A stretch of 63,110 nucleotides of DNA, filler included, from Octopus bimaculoides (Eukaryota): NCBI RefSeq assembly GCF_001194135.2. It is 6 parts of 6 records of this genome, joined end to end, with 100 filler letters (N's around TTAATTAATTAA, not from the genome) between each part and the next. Parts side by side here need not be neighbours in the genome. Positions count along the whole stretch, not along the records: positions 1 to 31,491 come from NC_068998.1; positions 31,592 to 46,024 come from NC_068982.1; 4 more parts are not named here. One strand, 5' to 3'. Positions within the stretch are counted from its first letter, which is position 1; each line of letters opens with the position of its first letter. The notes below the pieces were generated by a model that worked only from the letters and a program-made list of their open reading frames with translations, made no database searches and was not told the DNA's origin. Below are positions 25,846 to 38,291 of this stretch, piece by piece. The position numbers and the translations under genes are program-made.

Positions 25846-27806
25846 TGTGTATACTCTTTTACTTGTTTCAGTCATTTGACTGTGGCCATGCTGGAGCACC
25901 GCTTTTAGTCGAGCAAATTGACCCCGGGACTTATTCTTTGTAAACCTAGTATCTGATAGTCTGGTCTGTCATGTGATCATATGACATGTGATATCTTCAT
26001 GAGATGCTTTCTCAAGACAGTCATGCTGTGGTGTTGTGCAGTATATCCACATTAAGTATGATATGCAGAGTACTATTTCGAACGCATACAACTTACATTT
26101 CTAATAATAAATTTTAGCATTTATTATGAAAATCTGACATAAATGACAACATATTTACAAATAACTTTGAATAAAATACTGTACTGTCAGCTATTGTTCA
26201 TGAGCAAGTATATTTTGATGACATACAATATTTTAATTAATTGTTTTAGGTGCCTTTGTAGTCAGGAACAGCCTCTCAGCCCTTCTATCCAGGACCCAGT
26301 AGCATAGCCATGTTGTGACAGTCAGAAGGTGAGAAAGAGCTGCACCAATATTTGGTTGTACTAATTTACAGCTGAATAGACAAGAAAAGCTTTAAATGAA
26401 GTGCCTTGCTCAAGGATACAATATGCCACATGGCTCAGGAAAAGAACCTGTGATGTTATGATCAGGAGTTGAACACCCTAACCATCAGGCCAAGCAACAT
26501 CACAGATATCACAGATAACTTTGTACATGTCATGAAAAAAGACAAAGTTTTCAGACAGACATAGACTAAAGGATTGGATAAATAATTAAAAATGAAAAAG
26601 AAAAGAACAAATGAGCAGAATAATTAAGTTTTCTAGTGGATGAATAATCAAACTTTCCAACAAGTTTTAAGGTCGATTTTCAAAGAATAACAATGCAGAG
26701 ACGAGCTCCAAGAAAATGCTTTAAGAACCAGCCTCTCAGAAATATATTGGATAAAATCTGATTACTATTCTGATACATTCCACTTTCTGTCATTTGAATG
26801 CTATACCGAAATTTGGTAAATTCAGTACAGTTTTTGACCTTTGCAAACAGTAAAAGCCGGTTGATGTCAGCATTGTCAGATAATTCAACGTGAGAAATAT
26901 CTCAGACATCGTTTGATTGTGTTAACCATACCTGACTGCAGTTTATTATTACAGTGTGTAAGAATGTGTGTATATATGTGTATGTATGTGTTTAAGTGCA
27001 CATGGAAGTTTTCTGAAAGTGGTCCTTCAGCATTATATGAAATTTACTTTGACTTGGCTGTCACTTCGAAGTTAGAGGTTTTTATAAGAAGTTTAACTTA
27101 TTAAACCTAGGCTTTGCAATGCAAGATAATCATTTATTTATTGGCCACAGGGTCAACAGAACAGAACATTAAACGGCATCGTTTCCATTCCATGTCACCT
27201 AAATGTATTGACAGGAAATTGCCAAATCCCATCTGGTGATGGAATTCATATATTCTTAAGAGGGTGGTGAATTGGCAGAGTCATTAGAGGGTTCGATAAT
27301 GTGTATGAGTGTTTGTTCCAGTTCACTACAGTCTGAGTTCAAATCTCACTAGGGTCAATTTTGTCTTTCACTTTTTTGGGGTGGATAAAAGAGTACCAGG
27401 CTTAAGCAAAGGGCTGGCAGACTTATCAGCGAGTCAAGAAAGGTAACTCACAGTTGAACAAACAGGCCCCAGTACTGAAACAAGTAAAAGAGTTTGAGAC
27501 TTACATTCAACCAAACTTTAGCTGACAGGGATATCTCTTTAATATTAAGAGCAGCAATTTGTCAATCAAGACAACAACCTGAGTACCTCAATGCAAAATT
27601 GAGCAGACTATGTACTGAAGCAGAATAAAGCATGGGATAGAAAAGCATTTAATTTAAAGGCAATTCAACTGCTTTTTCTTGCACATTGAGAAACCAAATA
27701 AAGCTGCCCTCATTGGTTCACAACTACACTGGTTGAGAAGGATTCAAGGAATAATAATTACATCTACACACACATGCACAAAGAACCCATAGTCTTTTAC
27801 TGTGTT

Positions 27807-28015
27807 ACTCTTTTACTTGTTTCAGTCATTTGACTGCGGCCATGCTGGATCACCACCTCTAGTTGAGAAAATTGACCCCAGGACTTATTCTTTGGATGCC
27901 TAGTACTTATTCTATCGGTCTCTTTTGCCAAACCGCTAAGTTATGGGGACGTAAACACACCACCATCGGTTGTCAAGCGATGTTGGGGGGGACAAAAACA
28001 GACACACAAACATAT

Positions 28016-28070
<55 letters not shown>

Positions 28071-28228
28071 CAATGGGTTTCTTTCAGTTTCTGTCTACCA
28101 GATCCACTCACAAGGCTTTGGTCGGCACGAGGCTATAGTAGAAGACACTTGCCCAAGATGCCACGCAGTGGGAATGAACCCACAACCATGTGGTTGGTAA
28201 GCAAGCTACTTACCACACAGCCACTCCT
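27807..28228 (-). mobile_element. SINE family A, full length
   Basis: Complete head, CORE-like segment, internal (TA)n/(CA)n and aaaagag tail. Confidence 0.9.
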
Positions 28229-28880
28229 AATACAAACACACTCTCACACACATGCTTAATTTTGGTGTAGTTTGGAAGTTCTTTTCCCTGAGTGTTGCTC
28301 CTTGTATAACAGCTCTTCTTTGCCACGTGGAATCTGTGCCCTTCTTTTACATGGTCCCCAAACATGGTCCCCGCATTTTTAGTGCTGGGCTTATTATTTT
28401 ATCCTCAGAGCTGTCTTTATGCCACGGGTGTTTTGGGAAACTGCGAAAACAAATTTGTCAACAACAGCAGTGCTAGTATGGACAGGACATCATTGAGCCA
28501 ATAAAGGAACCTACTAGAAAAAGCAGCTAAATTCCCATCACATCACATTCTACCATTTTAGGCATTCTGGGTCACAGCAGAAATGCATTCTTCAAAGACA
28601 GCAATGCCTGTATGGAGAATAATGAGCCAACAAGGCAACTTACCAGAAAAAACAGCCAAGTTTCTATCAGATCACATTCTGCCATTTTAAACAAGGACAG
28701 ACATATTAGATAATATATATATATATACTTGTCCATCTTTTACAAAAGACTAGACGGTCATGGGAGGATGTGTTTCGTGATTGCAGGGTTTTCTCAGTTT
28801 GGATCCAATTCAAGCTAAACAACAGCAAGAACAACAATTACAAGAACAAAAATGTCATCACTGACAACAAAGATAATGTT

Positions 28881-29031
28881 GACCTCATCAGCTAAATATC
28901 AGAAAAGATGCTTCATCGACCTCATCAGCTAAATATCAGAAAAGATGCTTCATCGACCTCATCAGCTAAATATCAGAAAAGATGCTTCATCGACCTCATC
29001 AGCTAAATATCAGAAAAGATGCTTCATCGAC
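28881..29031. repeat. 37-bp perfect tandem repeat x4
   Basis: gacctcatcagctaaatatcagaaaagatgcttcatc at 28881, 28918, 28955 and 28992, then gac. Confidence 0.95.
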
Positions 29032-29165
29032 ATATAACTGCTGTCAAGACTGATGGCGATTCTTCCTATTCGTTTAAACAATCTATATATTTTGATTATT
29101 GATCTTTCAACATCCTCACTCACCCACTCACTCATTCACTGTATGTCTCTCTGTCTGTCTGTCTG

Positions 29166-29199
<34 letters not shown>

Positions 29200-29351
29200 C
29201 CTCTCTTATTTCCTTTCTCTCTTCACTAAATGTGTACTGATTACTTTTGGACGTCCAAATAAAACAAGATCCTAATGCCAAAATATTAAGTCATATAACA
29301 ACAACAATCATCCTAACAAGAATATTAATAGAAAATTAGAAAAAGTAATTC

Positions 29352-29444
<93 letters not shown>

Positions 29445-29760
29445 CACACATATATATATATATCATATATAATGTACTTGTATTTATATGTGTTTGTATT
29501 TCTATCGTTTCTCTCCTTTCGTTAGCGAACACATAATTATCTCATTATAAGCCATTAATGCTTTTTGGTTTGGGATGACTTCAAGAGAAGTTATGATGAA
29601 CCGTTTGTTCTTAATTAAATAAGACAAGCTGTGAGGTAAAAAGGCAAATAATTGATCATTAGCTCGAACAAAAATATTTTCTATTTTACACAATCTTAAT
29701 ATAATCTAACAAACCACTAGATTGCTTCAGTACAAAGGACATGCCCACACACATACACAC

Positions 29761-29810
<50 letters not shown>

Positions 29811-31232
29811 ATTCTGTTATTGGTTTTAGTAATTAGATTGAAGCAATGATATGACACAGCCTTCAAGGGTTTCAATCAATTATATTGACCCTCATATTTA
29901 ATGTAGTGTGCATTTTATCGGCCCCTATTTATCAAACGGCAGATGTCATCTATTTAGTTTGTTAATTATTGGAGTCACCTCCATTTATGACATAACTAAT
30001 AAGTACTATAAGAAATTTTGCATCAATAGGACCCAGAAACATCAATAGGACCACATATAAATCTAACTATCTACCTCTCTATCCACCAATTCATCTATCC
30101 ATCCAACCATCCATCCATCGTCTATTTATCTATCTATCTATCTATCCGTCTGTCTATCTATCTATCTGTCTGTCTGTCTGTTTATCTATCTATGTGTACA
30201 CACACACACACACACACATACACACACACACATATATATATACATACACTGGTTTCAAATTTTCACACAAAATCAATTGGTTTGGGAGAAAGGTGTAGTC
30301 ATTTACCTGAAGCAAGGAACTTTTCAGCCACCCTCTCATATATATAAGGTGAGCTGGCAGAACTGTGTGTGTGTGCCAGGCAAAATTGCTTAGTGGCATT
30401 ATGTCCCTCTTCATATTGTGAGTTCAAATTCTGCTGGGTCATCTTACAAGAAGCAAGTGTATTAGCTTAACACTCAAAGAATGGAAATGTCTTTAGTTTC
30501 GAGCCTTCCACAAAAACGATTAAGAGGCAAAAAGACAGAGAGAGAAAAAATATGTAGTGCCTAACAGATACCAACATGATGAAATGGTCATGTGTGTTTT
30601 TGTGTGTACACACATAGATAGATAGATAGATAGATAGATAGATGCATATGTGGTGTTTTTGTGTCATACTAGTGTAAAATTTCTTATAGTACTTCTTACT
30701 TATTCCATAAAGTAAGAAGCACCATGAGAGTTTCTGATAATGTTGTTTTCATGATTGTTGTTAATAATGTTGTTGTTGCCGATAATGTTGCTCTTAAGCT
30801 CTTGCTCAAATCTGAAGCTTCCAAGCCTTACATATCTTTACGGATATCAAGAACTACGGTTCTTGTGCAACCCTTTAGTGCTCAAACCAGCCATAACAGG
30901 CCCAAATATTGAACCTGTTTTATCTCCAAACTGGTTAGATCAGGCCTCTCACACCTACTCCACAATGTCATTCTAAACATAAACAATCATGTCATTGAAA
31001 TCTTAAAGCTATGAGATAATGGATGGTTAATCCGAACATATCTATTAGTGACAAAGACAGTGTTGATACCAAGAAGTAACACTTAACTCCAATGAAACAT
31101 GCAGGTTCTGTTGGAACAAACTACAGTAATACCTCACCATATCACGGTTCGCCTATTGTACACTTAATACATCATGGGTCACCTATCCCACACTCAGTAC
31201 ATTACGGATTTTTCGAGCCAATATATACCCAT

Positions 31233-31455
31233 TTACTCTTTTACTCTTTTACTTGTTTCAGTCATTTGACTGCGGCCGTGCTGGAGCACCGCCTTTAGTC
31301 GAACAAATCGACCCCAAGACTTATTGGTTGTAAGCCTACTCCTTACTTTATCAGGCTATTTGGCCGAACTGCAATGTTATGGGGGCGTAAACACACTAAC
31401 ATCGGTTGTCAAGCGATGGTGGAAAAACAAGCACAGACACAAATACATACACACA

Positions 31456-31491
<36 letters not shown>
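31233..31491 (-). mobile_element. SINE family A, 3' half
   Basis: tactcttttacttgtttcagtcatttgactgcggcc...gtcaagcgatgg; runs into (CA)n and a gap. Confidence 0.85.
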
Positions 31492-31647
31492 NNNNNNNNN
31501 NNNNNNNNNNNNNNNNNNNNNNNNNNNNNNNNNNNTTAATTAATTAANNNNNNNNNNNNNNNNNNNNNNNNNNNNNNNNNNNNNNNNNNNNTCTACATTT
31601 GTATTTTGTCCCCTCTGTGTTGAGCCCTGTGTGGCTAATAAAGAAAC

Positions 31648-31717
<70 letters not shown>

Positions 31718-32489
31718 GTCTGTCTGTCTGTCTATCTATCTATCGATATCTCTGTCTCTCTCAATATATATATATATTGGGAATGCAATTGAAGAAAAGT
31801 TAGCAATAGGTTTAGCCTAAAGTTAAGAGCTTTAAAAAGCTGTCAGGAGTTATTGCTATAATCCAACATTATGTAGTCGTTTGGGGAAACTTCGACTTCT
31901 TCATTATTGAACCCTATTAGAACTTAATTAAGCTACGACAATAATTATTTATCATATAATCAAACTTGGCATGCTACCACACGTAGCAAATACGTATGTC
32001 TAGTAGCATGAGATATAGAAACAAGTTGCATTTGCTAGTATTTTGACTAGTATGGCCCTCAGCCATTAATCAAATTTCTCCAATTATACTGAAAAGGTAA
32101 GACAGCGAAAAAGCTTCTACGGGATCACTTATGCGATTCTGACAAGTGTGCTTTGAAACATGGCTCATCTTCAACTACTGTAACGATGACACTCGTAAGT
32201 GTGCAATAACTGCAAAAGAATTCTATGCAGTTGAGATATAGATTCCATAAGGTGCAGCGAAGGGGACCTAAAAAGAAGTGTAATATATTTGACTGAAATT
32301 CTGTGCCGAAAAAAACAGACTTTGGAAGCCATGGCAAAAGCAATCGTCCAGAAGAGGAGCAAAAGCTATGAATAAAACTGACGAGTGTTGAGACTTTAGT
32401 GTTGATAGACAACTTCCCTTCTATTGATATGATAAATTGCACCTATGAGTCTATGGTGTAAACGCTTTGTTGATAGAGCAGCCAAGTAA

Positions 32490-32703
32490 TGGTTTCCAAT
32501 TTTGGCTCAAGGCCATAACTTTGGGGGAGGAGTTAAGTCGATTACATCGACTCCAATGTTCAATTGATACTTACTTCATCGATCCCGAAAGGATGAAAGG
32601 CAAAGTCGACATCGGCGATATTTGAATTTAGAATGTTAAAACGGACGAAATGCTGCTGAGCATTTCGTCCGGCGTGCTAATGATTTTGCCATCTTGTTGC
32701 CTT
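32490..32703 (-). mobile_element. SINE family B
   Basis: gaaaggatgaaaggcaaagtcgac...cggcgtgctaatgattttgcc; possible TSD agagca at 32475 and 32704. Confidence 0.8.
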
Positions 32704-33829
32704 AGAGCAACCCAATTCTAAAACCATGCCCAAATTTATGACAATCTCTAATACAATGAAAGCCCTTTGTGCGCACACAGGACTGGCATTTACAGAGTTA
32801 GAGCTGCATATGATAATGGGGCGATCAAGGAGAACGTCTCCTCTCATCTTCAAGTCATCACAAAATTTTAGCCATGGTACTTTTACTTTCAACCGACAAT
32901 TTGCAAATGCACTCCCAGATACACTCTTCCTGAAAAAAAAAAACCGGGAGTCACAACTCGAGTACTTTTGATCATAAGCTTGTGGTTTTAAAGCTGACCT
33001 GCGCAAAAGAAAAAAAACACCTTTATTGAAGGATGGCTTACGTATAGAGATGCTTGCTTGCTCCGTAGATACAATATAAAATATAATAAAATGACTAGTT
33101 GTTGTCATGGTTTAGTGTTGTTTATCGTTTTTGAGCAGATCTATGGTTAAAACTATTTCAACAGCATTTATCCTCTCTGCCTGTATATCTAGAACTATAT
33201 GGTCTAATATACTCCTCCATTTTGTTTAATGGAAGCGTGTAATTTTAGTAAAATTTGACTGCTATTTCTTGACGGTCGAACCCCAACTTAGAATCTGTCA
33301 CATTAGCTGTTAAAACCATCGATATTTGTAATAAATGAATGCTATCCTGTAATTTCAATTTTTGTTTTAGTGATACTGAAAAAAAACATTGAAATTTGCT
33401 TAAAATTTTAGTAAATTATGTTTTGGGGGAAAATTTTCTGAAAATTTTCAAATATTGATCACTGTACGTAACTAATTATCAAGAAAGAGAAGATGCAAAT
33501 TTGAATATCAGTTTTAAGACTTAATTGAAGGAAATTAATATGTTTGTGTTTCATTTATCTGAAAATTAAAAGCAGCAAATATACACATACATACAAGGTA
33601 AAAATATCGATATATTATCTTTCATTCTTTTATAGCTAGTAGACATGTTTTTACAAAGACTAACACATATAAATGTTATGTTTATATGACTATGTCTGTG
33701 TGTATCTATGTATCTGTGTGTGCGTATGTGCGAGTGTATGGAACAGCTGTTAATTCTTTATGCCTGAATGCGTAAGTATGTTTGTTTACTTGTTTGTGTA
33801 TGCCCGATTGCCACCACCACCACCACAAC

Positions 33830-34075
33830 CATCATCATTTAACGCCCGCTTTCCATGCTGGCAAGGGTTAGACGGTTTGACAGGAACTGGCAAAACAAGG
33901 AGCTGCATCAGATCCCATAGTCAGTTTTAGCTTGACTCCTACAGCTGGATTTCCTTCCTAACGCCAACCACTTCGCAGAGTGTACTGGGTGCCTTTTACG
34001 TGGCACCATTACAAGTGCTTTTTCTGTGGCACCATTACCAGTGTTTTTTTACATGGTACAGCATCAGTGCCCTTC
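33830..34075 (-). mobile_element. Family C element
   Basis: atcatcatttaacgcccgctttccatgctgg...ttccttcctaacgccaaccac. Confidence 0.75.
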
Positions 34076-35443
34076 ATTGACAAACATTACCAAAGTGGTT
34101 TCAGGATACCAATTCTGTTCTGTTCTTTTGAAGTGATCTGTTCATTTTGAATACAGCAGAGTGCCATATACTTGGGTTCTTTGTCATCGCCTTCGTAAGG
34201 CTCGGCGTTTCAACATCAGCCTTCACTACTTCCTGAATCTCCCTCTTCCACAACTTCCATCCATTTTAAGTGATCGGTAACTTTCGATATTTTTAAATGC
34301 AGCATTTATGTGAATAAGTAGGAGAAAGAGAGAAAGAAAACAACAAAACAAGAGAACAAACAAATAAACAATACATACATCTAAAACGCTACAAAAATGT
34401 CAATGTTTTATAAAAAGAAATGTCATATAATGCCTTTTCTCAGTCATTTTGTAAAAACTAGTGTCGTTGAGGATTGAGGCTTTGTTAGTCTGTCACTGGC
34501 TCATCGCATTTTTAATGGAGGAAGTGACAAGAGAATGTCTATGCAACCTGAAAAGTAAATACCACAAAGAATTTTGTGCAACAACACCAGTTTATGCACA
34601 GCTCCTTTGCAAATGTGTCTTTTACCATCACACACACACACACACACACACAGACATTCCCAAAATGCATCAGGCATGAAACTTTTAAGCATGAATTTAA
34701 CAAAGTGCTCAATAGAGTGAGCTTAGCCTAACTATCAACTTGAGGCTATAGCAGAGGACTTTTGCCCAAGTTGACACATATTGAGATCGAATATGGGGTT
34801 CTCAGTTTAATACAATTGTACAAACACTTTGAGAAATTATCATCCATCACAGACATACTGACCAATATCTTGTAAGTTACGTTTGGTACTAGCGAAGTAT
34901 CATTGACATTATAGAATATAATGTGGAGAATAACCATACTGATCGACTCTGTACAGTATTTTCAGGAAATAATATTGCGTTGAGTCAAAAGTTTTGCAAT
35001 TAATTTCTTTCCTTTATTCATCGAGTTACAACAAAAGCGGCCGAGCATTCGAAGTAGAGGCCATCATGTTGTACCACCTTTAATCCCACATTGATATTAG
35101 TTCCTGTTCTTTGATGCAAAGACCTCTTTCACTGAAGCTGAAACCGCCTCTTGGGTGACGAAGCGTCACGAACACAAGTAGTGAACCATGGATTGGAACA
35201 TGTAATAATCCAAAGCAAATATTTTTCTTCAGTCCTAACAAGCATAAGTAGTGGCTAAGCAAGGGCCACCTTCAAGTATCAGTTACCAAACACGGGCCTT
35301 TTGAACACAAAGTAATGCTCTGCGTCTAGTGGGATAATGAAGGCGATAATTCACTACGAGTTCATTCGAACCTGTATTCCAGATAAATGGACTAGATATA
35401 TGCCACTGTGTGCAAAACTAATTGGCATTGGTTAACAGAAAGT

Positions 35444-35659
35444 AATACGACTTTCAGATGCCTGGTCAAGTAGGAGGGCGCCGCGGCGTGCATGGAAGCT
35501 GCGGGCGCGAGCCCGGGTGAAGCCTACCACGGGTGCAGATCTCGGTGGTAGTAGCAAATATTCGAACGAGACCTTCGAAGACCGAAGTGGAGAAAGGTTC
35601 CGTGCTAACGGCGGTCGAGCACGGGCCAGTCGGTCCTAAGAAGCGGGTGAAAGCTTCAA
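35444..35659 (+). rRNA. Isolated 28S (LSU) rRNA fragment, D6-D7a region; a retrocopy, not an rDNA unit
   Basis: agtaggaggg...gggtgcagatctcggtggtagtagcaaatattcgaacgagaccttcgaagaccgaagtggagaaaggttccgtgctaacggcggtcgagcacgggccagtcggtcctaag aligns with the conserved eukaryotic LSU core; GC-rich island in AT-rich DNA. Confidence 0.92.
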
Positions 35660-35881
35660 AAGGCGGCGAGCTGGTAGAAACGTTAGCACGCCGGGCGAAA
35701 TGCTTAGCGGTATTTCGTCTGCTGCTACGTTCTCAGTTCAAATTCCGCCGAGGTCGACTTTGCCTTTCATCCTTTTGGGGTCGATAAATTAAGTACCAGT
35801 TACGCACTGGGGTCGATGTAATCGATTTAATCCCTTGTTTGTCCCCTCTATGTTTAGCCTCTTGTGGGCAGTAAAGAAATA
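35660..35881 (+). mobile_element. SINE family B, full length and young, tail type 1, fused to the 28S fragment
   Basis: aaggcggcgagctggtagaaacgttagcacgccgggcgaaatgc...gtgggcagtaaagaaata. Confidence 0.92.
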
Positions 35882-36818
35882 AGAAAGTGAGGTCTTCTGT
35901 AGCAAGATAATGCAAGACCTTGTGCCACTTGAACAACCCAGAATAAACTCCAGGAACTTGAGGGGATCGAACTGATGCAGCACCCAGCATATAGTCTGAA
36001 CCCAGCTCCCTCGGATTATTATCTATTTGAATCCATGACTCACTTCCTGCGCTCGCAACATTTCATCAATCCAAGTGAAGGTGGTAACTTCAGTGAATGA
36101 GTTCTTCACCTCGAAGGACAAAGACTAGTATTAGCTTGGGATCAAAAGACTGGAAGAACGGTCGCCCCAAATGGAGCAACACGATGGCCTCTACTCTGAA
36201 TGCTAGGCCGCTTTTGTTGTAACTTGACGAACGAAGCAATAAAATATTGCAAAACTTTTGGCTCAACACAATTCACTGCTGTATATTTGAGTATTTTCCA
36301 CAACTTCCTACAGACCAGCAGCGGTTTCAAATGCAGCACCAGAAATTTGCTAAAACAATCATTACTAATAACATTTTCTCTTCATTCTTTACAAGAGTTA
36401 GCTATACATAGTTCACAATACCTTATTATTTAGAAATTGGTCAACGGAGCTAATGAGAGTCATGTCAAAACACCAGACATTACACAAAGGGTATGAGATT
36501 ATTTTGCATAAAAGATGCTATAAAATAAAGACAGATGTCCACTTTCTGTAATCTATTCATTTCCAGAGAAATGATAAGCATGATTTATGGCGATTTCAAT
36601 GACAAGGAAACAGATGATAGTAGAAAGATAACAAAGTTTAGCATCAAAATATTATAGAAAATTACATGTAAGTATTATATAATTCAAAGTAGCAGAAACT
36701 TTACCAATTTCTCATGGAACAAAAGTTGCGAAATGTCTTGGCACATATTTTGAGTTTGAGAAAGAAATATGAAAGTAAAATTAAGATATTTAAAAACATT
36801 TGAACCCAGGTCAAACTA

Positions 36819-36866
<48 letters not shown>

Positions 36867-36967
36867 GAGCACTCACAAATACTCGAACACTCACACACAC
36901 ACATACATAAGAATATGCAAACCTAAACTCTCTCCCTCTCTCTCACGCACACATTTATGTTTTAAGA

Positions 36968-37160
36968 CAACAAGTTAGTAGAATCATTAGCTCATGAGAC
37001 ACAATGCTTAGCACCATATCTTCCAGCTCTTTATGCGCTGAGTTCAAATCCTATCGCAGTCAGTTTTACCTTTCGTTGTTTTATGGTCAAAGTACTGGTG
37101 GTCAAAGTAATCAACTAACGCGACCCCTAAAATTGCTGGCCTTGTGTCAAAAATGAATAG
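36968..37160 (+). mobile_element. SINE family B, diverged
   Basis: gtagaatcattagc...gagttcaaatcc...gctggccttgtgtcaaaaatg. Confidence 0.65.
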
Positions 37161-37210
37161 ATAAAAGCATTTAATTGCAAGAAATATATATAAAAAGAAA
37201 CAACAAAAAC

Positions 37211-37268
<58 letters not shown>

Positions 37269-37373
37269 GCATACATACATGTGTGTGTGAGAGAGAGAAA
37301 GAGAAAGAGAGAGAGAGGGAGTGAGAGAGAGGGGGAGAGAGTGAGAGAGAGAGATAGAGAGAGAGTTTATATA

Positions 37374-37957
37374 TACGAGATCTGATCAATCAGTATCCAG
37401 ACTTGCCAAAGTAATAAAGCTAAACTATGCAGAGTGAAGCCGCTGGGCACAGATTGCGTTTGAAGTCTGTTTCCATGGGCACTAAGTTTCAACGTTCCAG
37501 CTCACTTCCACTGATTTCACCAGTGCTTGGTAGGAAGGTGTGTAGTGTGTGATCGTTTCATTGACAATTACAGAGAAAGTTGTCATGGCAATACTTGCTC
37601 AGAGGCCTACGTAAATTTACAGAAAGTGTATGGAGAGGTGCGTATGAGCCGCACACAAGCGTATGAGTGGTTCAGACATTTCCCAGATGGCCGAAAAATG
37701 TTGATACTGACGAACGTTCTGGAAGTCCTGCAATCAGTAGAACTGAGAAAGACAACGCAAATGTGCGTGCAGCTGTGAGTTGAAAATCGTCGAATCACCA
37801 ACCGTGAGTTATCAGAGGAGGTGCAGATTAGTTACGGTTCAGTTCAGTCCATTATCACAGAAGATTTGGGTATGAAACGCATGTCTGTCAAGTTTGTGCC
37901 AAAACTGCCTTCAGCTGACCAAAATGACACTCAGGTTTCAGTTGCACAAGATCTCCT
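37374..37957 (+). mobile_element. Mariner transposon 5' part (TIR plus HTH region of transposase), cut off by a family A SINE
   Basis: TIR-like tacgagatctgatcaatcagtatccagac; NTCSEAYVNLQKVYGEVRMSRTQAYEWFRHF and ENRRITNRELSEEVQISYGSVQSIITEDLGMKRMSVKFVPKL. Confidence 0.85.
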
Positions 37958-38112
37958 TATTCTTTGTAAGCCTAGTACTTATTCTATCGGTCTCTTTTGC
38001 TGAACCAGTAGGTTACGAGGACGTAAACACACCACCATCGGTTGTCAAGCGATGGTGAGGCGACAAACACAGACACACACACATATATATATATGACGGA
38101 CTTCTTTCAGTT
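37958..38112 (-). mobile_element. SINE family A fragment followed by long (TA)n
   Basis: ttattctttgtaagcctagtacttattctatcgg...gacggacttctttcagtt. Confidence 0.8.
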
Positions 38113-38140
38113 ACACACATATATATGTATATATGCATAT

Positions 38141-38291
<151 letters not shown>

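Larger units (their letters stand above)
34952..36283 (+). mobile_element. Decayed mariner (DD34D-type) DNA transposon with ~100-bp TIRs, interrupted by the 28S-SINE chimera
   Basis: Inverted repeats 34974-~35075 / ~36176-36272 with TA|CAG ends; translation KVMLCV*WDNEG (~35309), LVNRK|*GLL*QDNARP across the insertion, then HPAYSLNPAPSDYYLF. Confidence 0.85.

Noticed and set aside
28881-29031. 37-bp repeat as a CRISPR array, or its minus-strand CTGATGA as a hammerhead
   Set aside because: No spacers, eukaryotic context, and no GAAA or helices for an HHR.
31536-31547. TTAATTAATTAA inside N-runs (also 46069-46080, 56414-56425, 58962-58973, 60933-60944)
   Set aside because: An identical 12-mer centred in gaps, with stops in all six frames, is an artificial contig-joining linker, not biology.
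32726-32971. 81-aa ORF and an alternative frame with GIYRVRAAYDNG
   Set aside because: Superficial FN3/GIY resemblance only; short frames bounded by stops and no splice support.
35444-35659. A functional rDNA unit or contaminating contig
   Set aside because: Only ~215 nt, no other rRNA parts, and it sits inside a TSD within a host transposon.
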